Below are positions 13,501 to 24,494 of a DNA stretch of 64,000 nt, in pieces (positions within the stretch are counted from its first letter, which is position 1; the number at the start of each line of letters is the position of its first letter). Source of the DNA: Ophelia neglecta (Eukaryota); contig OZ260665.1 in assembly GCA_965285935.1 (NCBI GenBank), forward strand, positions 41,602,001 to 41,666,000, written 5' to 3'. The notes beneath the pieces are model-generated. The model made no database searches, had not been told where the DNA came from, and saw only the letters and a program-made list of their open reading frames with translations. A program made the position numbers and the translations under genes.

Positions 13501-16500
13501 TTGAACACTTCAGTTGAAGTTTCACTGGAAGAATATTGATATTCTTGCTCAGATATTACAGACTCTACTTTTCGTGTATCCTCCACAATTATCACGCCAG
13601 CAGATATATCAGAGTCTTTGACGATAGTGACGGGTGATGCTGCTCTCACCCCAATAACTATTCCACCATCTATGATTGCCCTGGCAGGTATTTCTGCTGG
13701 TGACTGTGGTATATCCTCGGTTATATATTCACACACTGGATGATCAGAGACGTCTGAAGCTTTATCAACTGGTGCGGTTAACGCTTCCACCTTTACATCC
13801 TCAATTGTTGAAAGTTCAGTTTCTTTGTCCACAGACTCTTCATCAGGCTTAATTGGAGCTTCCACAACCGCAGGTGAGATGGGTGGAGCTGTCTCAAAAT
13901 CTGTCTCGATTGTCACTTGTATGTCTTCCTCTACAGGAATGGGTTCGGTGTCCAGAACTGCTGGAATAACTGGCTTTTCAGAGACAATTGCTTCAACCAG
14001 CTCTTCTGATACTTCCTTTACTTCTTCCGACTCATCAGTAAATTCAGGTTTGAACACTTCAGTTGAAATTTCACTGGACGAATATTGATATTCTTGCTCA
14101 GATATTACAGACTCTACTTTTCGTGTATCCTCCACAATTATCACACCAGCAGAGATATCAGAGTCTTTGATGACAGTGACGGGTGATGCTGCTCTCACCC
14201 CAATAACTATTCCTCCATCTATGATTGCCCTGGCAGGTATTTCTGCAGGTGACTGTGGTGTATCCTCGGTTATACCTTCACACACTGGATGATCATAGAC
14301 TGCTGAAGCTTTATCAACTGGTGCGGTTAACGCTTCCACCTTTACATCCTCAATTGTTGAAATTTCAGTTTCTTTGTTCACAGACACCTCATCAGACTTA
14401 ATTCGAGCTTCCACAACCGCAGGTGAGATGGGTGGAGGTGTCTCAAAATCTGTTTCGATTAGCACTTGTATGTCTTCCTCTACTGGAGTGGGTTCGGTGT
14501 CCAGAACTGCTGGAATAACTGGCTTTTCAGAAACAATTGCTTCAACCAGCTCTTCTGATACTTCCTTTACTTCTTCCGACTCATCAGTAAATTCAGTTTT
14601 GAACACTTCAGTTGAAGTTTCAGTGGAGGAATATTGATATTCTTGCTCAGATATTACAGACTCTACTTTTCGTGTATCCTCCACAATTATCACGCCAGCA
14701 GTGATATCAGAGTCTTTGATGACAGTGACGGGTGATGCTGCTCTCACCCCAATAACTATTCCACCATCTATGATTGCCCTGGCAGGTATTTCTGCTGGTG
14801 ACTGTGGTGTATCCTCGGTTATATCTTCACACACTGGATGATCAGAGACGTCTGAAGCTTTATTAACTGGTGTGGTTAACACTTCCTGCTTTACATCCTC
14901 AATTGTTGAAAGTTCAGTTTCTAAGACCACAGACTCCTCATCAGGTTGAAGTGGAGCTTCCACAACCGCAGGTGAGATGGGTGGAGGTGTCCCAAAATCT
15001 GTCTCGCTTGTCACTTGTATGTCTTCCTCTACAGGAGTGGGTTCGGTGTCCAGAACTGCTGGAATAACTGGCTTTTCAGAAACAATTGTTTCAACCAACT
15101 CTTCTGATACTTCCTTGACTTCTTCCGACTCATCAGTAAATTCAGTATTGAACACTTCAGTTGAAGTTTCACTGGAGGAATATTGATATTCTTGCTCAGA
15201 TATTACAGACTCTACTTTTCGTGTATCCTCTACAATTATCACGCCAGCAGAGATATCAGAGTCTTTGACGATGGTGACGGGTGATGCTGCTCTCACCCCA
15301 ATAACTATTCCACCATCTATGATTGCCCTGGCAGGTATTTCTGCTGGTGACTGTGGTATATCCTCGGTTATACCTTCACCCACTGGATGATCATAGACTG
15401 CTGAAGCTTTATCAACTGGTGCGGTTAACGCTTCCTCCTTTACATCCTCAATTGTTGAAAGTTCAGTTTCTTTGACCACAGACTCCTCATCAGGTTTAAG
15501 TGGAGCTTCCACAACCGCTGGTGAGATGGGTGGAGGTGTCTCAAAATCTGTCTCGCTTGTCACTTGTATGTCTTCCTCTACAGGAGTGGGTTCGGTGTCC
15601 AGAACTGCTGGAATAACTGGCTTTTCAGAAACAATTGTTTCAACCAACTCTTCTGATACTTCCTTGACTTCTTCCGTCTCTTCAGTAAATTCAGTTTTGA
15701 ACACTTCAGTTGAAATTTTAGTGGAAGAATATTGATATTCTTGCTCAGATATTACAGACTCTACTTTTCGAGTATCCTCCACAATTATCAAGCCAGCAGA
15801 GATATCAGAGTCTTTGATGTTAGGGACGGGTGATGCTGCTCTCACCCCAATAACTATTCCACCATCTATGATTGCCCTGGCAGGTATTTCTGCTGGTGAC
15901 TGTGGTATATCCTCGGTTATATCTTTACACACTGGATGATCAGAGACTGCTGAAGCTTTATCAACTGGTGCGATTAACGCTTCCACCTTTACATCCTTAA
16001 TTGTTGAAAGTTCAGTTCCTATGTTCACAGACTCTTCATCAGGCTTAATTGGAGCTTCCACAAGCGAAGGAGAGATGGGTGGAGGTGTCTCAAAATCTGT
16101 CTCGATTGTCACTAGTATGTCTTCCTCTACAGGAATGGGTTCGGCGTCCAGAACTGCTGGAATAACTGGCTTTTCAGAATCAATTGCTTCAACCAGCTCT
16201 TCTGATACTTCCTTTACTTCTTCCGACTCATCAGTAAATTCAGTTTTGAACACTTCAGTTGAAGTTTCAGTGGAGGAATATTGATATTCTTGCTCAGATA
16301 TTACAGACTCAACTTTTCGTGTATCCTCCACAATTATCACGCCAGCAGAGATATCAGAGTCTTTGATGACAGTGACGGGTGATGCTGCTCTCACCCCAAT
16401 AACTATTCCACCATCTATGATTGCCCTGGCAGGTATTTTTGCTGGTGACTGTGGTATATCCTCCGTTCTATCTTCACACACTGGATGATCATAGACCGCT

Positions 16501-19500
16501 GAAGCTTTATCAACTGGTGCGGCTAACGCTTCCTGCTTTACATCCTCAATTGTTGAAAGTTCAGTTTCTTTGACCACAGACTCTTCATCAGGTTTAAATT
16601 GAGATTCCACAACCGCAGGAGAGATGGGTGGAGGTGTCTCAAATTCTGTTTCGATTGTCACTTGTATGTCTTCCTCTACTGGAGTGGGTTCAGTGTCCAG
16701 AACTGCTGGAATAACTGGCTTTTCAGAAACAATTGCTTCAACCAGCTCTTCTGGTGCTTCCTTTACTTCTTTCGACTCTTCAGTAAATTCAGATTTGAAC
16801 TCTTCAGTTGATATTTCAGTGGAAGAATATTGATATTCTTGCTCAGATATTACAGACTCTACTTTTCGTGTATCCTCCACAATTATCACGCCAGCAGAGA
16901 TATCAGAGTCTTTGATGACAGTGACGGGTGATGCTGCTCTCACCCCAATAACTATTCCACCATCTATGATTGCCCTGGCAGGTATTTCTGCTGGTGACTG
17001 TGGTATATCCTCCGTTCTATCTTCACACACTGGATGATCATAGACCGCTGAAGCTTTATCAACTGGTGCGGTTAACGCTTCCTGCTTTACATCCTCAATT
17101 GTTGAAAGTTCAGTTTCTTTGACCACAGACTCTTCATCAGGTTTAAGTTGAGCTTCCACAACCGCAGGAGAGATGGGTGGAGGTGTCTCAAAATCTGTTT
17201 CGATTGTCACTTGTATGTCTTCCTCTACTGGAGTGGGTTCAGTGTCCAGAACTGCTGGAATAACTGGCTTTTCAGAAACAATTGCTTCAACCAGCTCTTC
17301 TGATGCTTCCTTTACTTCTTTCGACTCCTCAGTAAATTCAGTTTTGAACTCTTCAGTTGAAATTTCAGTGGAAGAATATTGATATTCTTGCTCAGATATT
17401 ACAGACTCTACTTTTCGTGTGTCCTCCACAATTATCACGCCAGCAGAGTCTTGGATGAAAGCGACAGGCGATCCTGCTTCCACCCCAATAACTATCCCAC
17501 CATCTATAATTGCCCTGGCAGGTAGTTCTTTTGGTGACGTAAGTTTATCCTCACAAACTGGACCATCAACATCTGGGTTTATACCTTGTTTTACTACATC
17601 TTTCTCACCTGGAAATAAAATTGCAACTGTATTATTATCTTGCACATATAGTGCCTGTTTTTCCTCAACAGATTCAAACGTTTGTTCATCAGTATAAATA
17701 TTCTCGCAGCTCGATGTTTTTCCACTTTCTAATTTGCGATAGTGCTCTTCAGTGTATTTACTTTCGAACTCATCACCAATCACACGAGAGGAAACTTTTG
17801 CTTCCTTAATAGTTCCAGTCGCAGGGAAATATTTAACTAATTTATTTATAACAGTTCTGTGTATCGGAGTTCCATCTTCCAAATATTCATCATAATCTTG
17901 TATGGATGTTTCACTTTCTGTATCTTCACTTAATGTTCCTTGAAATCCCAACGGCAGGTGTAATATTTCTTCAACCACCTTTATACTTTGTTGTGTTCTT
18001 TCAATAATTGATTCTATGCCATCTACAATTACATTTTCAGTAACTGGTATAACGGTCTTCGTGGTAGTAACGGTCTTTTGACACTCAGTACCATTTTCCA
18101 ATACATAAGAACATTTATTTACATCTGTGATTATTTCCTCTTGCATTTCCCCAGCCACAATTTCATGCTCACCTAGTAAAGGTGCATCAGGTGGTAGTCG
18201 CTGTACTGTGGTTTTTACTACGTGATGTTTAATCCATGTACCATCCGGTAGAACATCGCTAAACTGTTCCACTGATGTTTCGGTGCATAAATTTTCTCCA
18301 TAATATGGTTCTTCAACCCCAGCAGGTATCTGTAAAATGTCAGTATAAACCTCTTTTCCAACTATGTTCCTTACTCCATTTATCTCATGCATGTAAATTG
18401 TTTTGGTTACAGTGTGTTTAGTAACAGTTCCATCTTCTGCAATATCCTCAGATTCTTCAGCACTCTCTGTAGTCTGAATTATGTTTTTTCCATCATCCTG
18501 CACTGTAGTCTCAGTAACCTGACTTGTTTCGAAGAGGTCCGAAACACTTTCTTCTTCAATATAATTTTCCTCTTCAGACAAATATGATTTTTCATCTGAT
18601 TCATCTACAGATAATCTCACATTACCCATGGTTTTATCTGCTGCTTGGACACTTTCAGGATGGGTAATATCTACAGGTGCTTGGCAAACTTCTTCAGTGA
18701 TCGTTGAGGTGTACTCTTTTGCAATGACTGCTTCTGGTGGACACGCTGGAGATGTTCCTAATGCAGGTTCTGCATATAGAATTTCTTCCTTTTTATGTTT
18801 ATATATAATTGATGTATCAATCTTTTCTTCATAAGTTTCTGGAATATTTTGTTCATTGACTTTTTCATGAGAGTATTCCCCTTGGTTAGAAATCGTGTCT
18901 AGGGACATTCTTTTCTGCTCAGCAACATCATCAATGCGAGTATTTTCCAACTGTTCCTGGACTACATAAATAGGTTGGTCAAATAATGCCTGTTCCGACA
19001 CTAAGCTAGGTGACTCTGTGTGCATAGCACACTCTTCCATTGTCAATCCTGATGATACATCCAGCACTTCTTCAAGTGACTCTCCATCTTGCTCCTGTAT
19101 TTGTTGAACAAACTGCTGAACAATGGGCTCTTCTGTTGGTACAGTGTAGCTCACCTCTTCTTTAAGCGACTGTTCATGGACTAAGTCCTTAACAGGGCTT
19201 CCAAATCCTTCTTTCTGTTCCTCGAAATCTCCTTGTTCTTTGACAAAAGTCAGGGGCTGCTTTAAAATGTGTTGCTTGACCTCTTCTAGGGATGCTTGTT
19301 CTATTCTCCCAGTTACCACTTCTTTGTGGTAAAAAGATTCTTCTACTTCTTTTTTCGATTGTATTTCTTGTACAACAACATGCTGCAATGGGATGCTTTT
19401 TTCAATTTTATCTTCTCTTTCTTCTACTAATCCTTGTGCATATTGTGGAGTTTCAGCAGGGGACTCTACAACAACACCATCTGTTACGGTACCTGACCAC

Positions 19501-20383
19501 TCATCAATGAGTTGGTTTCGCCTGTCAATCGATGCATGCGCACTCGTAATATTATCCTTAATCATTGCTCTGGCACCTTGTTCGTCTAATACTAATACAT
19601 CCGTTGTTTGATTCAAAGCAACCAGTGAACAAAATTCGTCTTCATCAAGATCTAACAATTCGTCCTCCTGTAGCCTCAATGTAGGTGTAATGACCTCTCT
19701 GGAATGAGCTGACTGTTCAATTACTAGCAGGTCAATGTCAGTGGTGCCTGGGCTGGCAAGTTTTGCTGTTTCTGATTTAGTTACATTTGAAACTTCTTCA
19801 TCAATGTGAATTTCACTTATTTCAGGTACTGTCATGTCATTTGGTTTTTGTACAAAAGACACCTGGGGTGGTTGGAACACAAAAGAAGGGTCAGATACTG
19901 ATGTTTCTGTAATGGGTGACTCTTTTTCCATTACATGAAGTTCAGGACTCCACTTTTGTTGATCATTAACCCCCGCTTGTGTAGGTAATTCTGTTACCTG
20001 TTCTGGCTTGGCATGAAACAATTCAGCGGAATTGTCAAATTCCTCAGCACGACCGTGTTCAAGTTCCATTCTAGGTTCAGATTTCATTTCAACAATGCTT
20101 TTTTCAACTAAAGCTAAAAATTCATCTTCAGACATTTTACTCACATCTTCCTCAACCACTGGGGCATATTCTGTGCTTTCTACAGGAGGCTCATGATCCT
20201 GACTCTCAAACCTCAATATCAATTTGGTAGCATTTTTGTCTTCCACTAACCTAACCTGGTCCTGTCTAATAATTTCTTTATCTGGGGTTAAAAAAATCCT
20301 ATCTGGGCTTTCACTGTGTGCTCTTTCTTCAAAATGTGTCACTAGAGCAGAAACTGGAATTTGGATATCTTCAGCAGGTTTAC
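1568..20383 (-). CDS. ANK: Giant exon C (18,816 bp, about 6,272 aa); alternative in-frame acceptor at 20593 possible
   Basis: Lies inside ORF 1548..20555; acceptor TTTGTATACAG|GT, donor ACAG|GTACTA; phase 1-1. Confidence 0.87.
4650..17560 (-). repeat. Coding tandem array, about 24 x 549 bp (183 aa), acidic and Pro/Ser/Thr-rich
   Basis: The anchor ARAIIDGGIVIGVRAASPV recurs 24 times; spacing is mostly 549 bp, with 552, 540, 477 and 435 bp variants, all multiples of 3. Confidence 0.95.
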
Positions 20384-21208
20384 CTGTATACAAATAGACA
20401 TGTTTTTTTCCATCCCAATGGTCAATTCCCAATGGAGATTGCATGAAAGAAAAGCAGAACAGAATACACATTAGGAAAGTGTCAGATATTAAAAAGATCC
20501 CGAAGAACAAACCAAAGGCACAAACCAAAGCAAACTCAAGCATCTGAGGAAGCAAAGCTAAGAAGGCAAGGGAATCACAGCAAAAAAAAAATACTGGGAA
20601 GAAGAAAGTGTAAAAGAGAAGATAGGAAGTAGATGGATCTCACAATTTATTTATATGGTATTTACCAATGAAAATTCACGTACAATACATATGTCTTTTA
20701 TTTATTTCAGACAAAACAATCTGGCATCTAACGAAGAGCCTGAGGGAAATTGGTCATATCAGAAATCAGTGTTCAAGTGTTGCAGCAATATATAAATGAA
20801 GGATAAAACACCCATTAGTATGGTAGGCTAATAGTTGGATGGCTCTTTGTTAGTTCTGCAGGGGAAGCAGCACAGCTGCATCTGCACATAAACACATGCA
20901 TAAGTTCAATTGGAAATTGGTTACTATGGTGGTGGCCTGAAACATTTGGTGGCTTCTTCTGTTTACAACAATGATTGCACCTCATGTTCTTTTCAAATAG
21001 GTCTCAAAAGCAGCAAACACGGATCACTATGGGAGGCTGACCTTGCAAATAAGTGCCCTTAAGAGATATTCAACATGCATCTAGAAGTCACTGGATAACA
21101 ATGAAAGTCAACATTTGTAATTCGGATTAGTGTAAACAATGGAAATTCGTCATTATGTAAAAGAAACATTAGTTGTATTTCCATGCTGTAGAATATATAG
21201 GAGTCTAC

Positions 21209-21277
21209 CTTCGTCTGTGTCCACAGTTTCCTTGGTGACATCAATATCTGTTGGTGTAGATGCACTAGCTAGCACAT
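21209..21277 (-). CDS. ANK: Small cassette exon
   Basis: Acceptor AAATTTTAG|, donor GAAG|GTAGAC; 69 bp, phase 1-1; DVLASASTPTDIDVTKETVDTDE. Confidence 0.75.
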
Positions 21278-21797
21278 CTAAAATTTAAGAAACCATTTGT
21301 TTTTAAGCGCAATACCATAAATATTAAATTAAAAGTTCCTTTTACAGCTTTTCACATTGCTTATCCATCATTAGCATTGCGACCAGCATCCGGCAATATG
21401 GATAAAAACCTGGAACTTTAAACGAGTCAAATACAATATTGTCAATATCTAAGTTATGTCCAGGAAATTAGACCTGGCTAAATAAATGTTGTCTCTGCAA
21501 AGAAAATGTTCATATTTTCATTAGGGGGTATGATGTATATTACAAAAGGTATGTGTAAGCAACTCATCTGGATGATCCTAAAGTGGAACGCTAGAAGTGG
21601 CCTAAACACTCTACAGTATGGTAACTGTGCACTACACACCACTGCAGAAAATACTGTGATGGAATCTAGAGATATCCATAAAACACTGGATCAACAAAAT
21701 AAAACATACACTCATAACACAGGGACATTCAATGCTATTGGACTATGATTTTCAATTATTGAAATAAACAGTGACATTCATCTTGTCATCAGGCTAC

Positions 21798-21908
21798 CTT
21801 CAGTATGAGCCTCAAGTCCATAGTATCTCACATAATCATCTTCATCAACAGGGGTACTAAGGTCTTCAGTAATTGTAATAGTTGGTGTCCCATCATCACC
21901 AAAGTCAA
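21798..21908 (-). CDS. ANK: Small cassette exon
   Basis: Acceptor ATTTCCAG|, donor GAAG|GTAGCC; 111 bp, phase 1-1; VDFGDDGTPTITITEDLSTPVDEDDYVRYYGLEAHTE. Confidence 0.8.
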
Positions 21909-22722
21909 CTGGAAATCACAGAGCAAACATAAAAGTCAGCATTCATACCAATATGGTAACAGAAGTGAAAATTACATCTGCAGTAGTGCAACTAAAATCC
22001 ATTAATGGAACAGAATTGTAATTGACAGCAGGGTAAAAGCAGTACATGAATCAGTAAAGAACACACATTCTTCACTAATCATTACTAGACAGTAGGTCTG
22101 ATGACTGTCCATTATTCACCGCTTTGTCCTAAATATTTGAAAGCTGCCAGCTATTCAATTTCCTCACTCAAAACAATATGTATTTTTATAAGAAAATCAC
22201 CACTTTCATCCACATTTCCATATATATATTTATAACTAGCATCTTTTATTAAGGGTATCATGCCGCTTCCATAAATATTTCCCTACAAATACGATCTGTG
22301 TTGAACAAAACCTGCCAAGCTATATCAGACGAATCTACATAAAAATGAAAACCTAGATATAAAAAGGACATGGGTTCATGGGTTCAAAGGGCAACAGGCT
22401 CTGAAATAAACGCAATGTAAATTCTGAACTAGAGTGTAACATATTATAAAATTCTATTACATTCAATAAGAGAGTATGGTACATTTTCTAATGTTCTATA
22501 TCACAATAAGACCATGCATAGTTGGCTACTTATAACTTAGTATGATGACCTTGGCACAAACCCGAAAGTCTTGATATTTCCAGTATACTCAGAAGCCAAA
22601 ATATGAAGTAATGAAGATGAATTTATTATAAATAAACTGATTTCTATTGGTTTGAACTGCATGAAGTTTTTATACATGCCAGTAATATTAAAAGAAAACA
22701 TGTATATAAATGCAACATTTAC

Positions 22723-22785
22723 CTTGTTGTTCTCTTTCTAGGCCCAGATCATCGTCAAATGGTTGGTCATCTCCATACCGAGGTG
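22723..22785 (-). CDS. ANK: Small cassette exon
   Basis: Acceptor TAAACAG|, donor AAG|GTAAAT; 63 bp, phase 1-1; APRYGDDQPFDDDLGLEREQQ. Confidence 0.78.
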
Positions 22786-24494
22786 CTGTTTATACAGGAT
22801 TAAAAACAAATGTTGTAATGAAAAACAATAAAAAAAGTTATTTGCTCTTTCAACACTAAATATTTCAATTTAAAAAAAGAAGGGAAGATATAGAGACACT
22901 GTTGTGATATTGGCAGAATATTAGTTAAATGTTAGCCATACCCAGCTAAAAGACTACCATTAAGCACCAAGTCTATCTTTATAGCCACTATAACTAATGC
23001 ACCAGCAATAAATTTTATTAGTGGCATCTATTATACAATAGACAGAACTATTTACGATTACTAAGAGTGTAACTTAGACAGAGAATTGGTTCACACTACA
23101 GAAGCATAATGACCTCTTCAGTATTTGTCACACCTTTTTATTTCATTTTGATTGGGGTATGTGAATTTGGATTAAATGAAATATCCGCATTTCAGGTAAC
23201 ATTTCCTAATCTTTGTGCTGCCCTATTTTTATCTTACTTTTTTCTAGCTACCAAATAAAATAAAATCCAAGCCGCCACTAGCCAGATGAATCAAGTGAGT
23301 GAAACTAAATTTTAACTACTTGCACATGGCACCTCTTGCTTCTGCCATGACATGGCACCCTATTCCATTTACATTCACCCATACTAGTTTGCCGATAACA
23401 TTTAGTGGTAACTCTGATACACAAGTAGTCCTATAACCCAAAGCTGACGAGTAGACAACAAATTAGATATGTAGTGAGAGGTAATATATATTAATATATA
23501 TATATTCCTACCTACCTACCCTCTTTTCTTGGAAGCGGTTATATATTTTTAGGGCTAACCCTACATGAGAACATGATGCATAATTATGCTTATATCCTGC
23601 CTAAACCTCATCCTGGCACTATACTTTCGACCCCATAAGTTAAGGCTAAATATCAGAAACTATCATTATAACTATCATTATAAACTATTTAGGAATTGAA
23701 TGACACAATAATACAACATGTAAGATACAAATACTTAAAAGAGGTCAGAATACAACTTTAATAACCATCATTGTAACCTGCATACAAAAGCATTGAACAA
23801 ATGAAGCAAAAGAGTTGCATTCTGGAATTATGATGGGAAGTCTCAATGCTTTTGCAGGCAATATAATTAGTGATATTAATAAAGTGCTTTGGTTATAATT
23901 CTTAACCATAAGGCAATGAATGATTACACCTTGATTATTCATAGCTTGTATTTAAGTGCATCATATTGCTTAATCTGTGCATAGATAGTGATGTAGTCCA
24001 TAATGCAATGTACAGAGCTGAAATGTTTTACAGCATAGCTTTTTGCAAGTAGAAATGCAACCCTTGGACCTATTTAAAACATGATTCATATATCTATGAT
24101 CAACCTATATCATTAGGATTCTTATTAAATAAGCAGGGGTTTTCAATCATTATAATAAAAGTTTAAAATTATGTTCTGTCTAAAAGAATGAGCTAGTCAT
24201 ACCGTTTATAACTATCAGATGTTTCTTTCCCTTTCAAAGTTTGTGTGATATTTGTACATATTTCTACTTAACTGACAGTGGGGGAATTACATCAGATCTG
24301 CACATGTACAGCTTGAACCGTCATTAGTATTATTTTTCTACAACCAAAACCCTTTGCTAATAAGCCTCTTATAGAATTATATCTACAAAAAGCGGGGTAT
24401 TGCTTGATTAGAGGAAGGGAAGGGTAAGGAGAGCAGCAAGTGGCAATTCAAATCCAAAGCACAGTCTGCTCATGCATATACCACTGTTCCTAAC

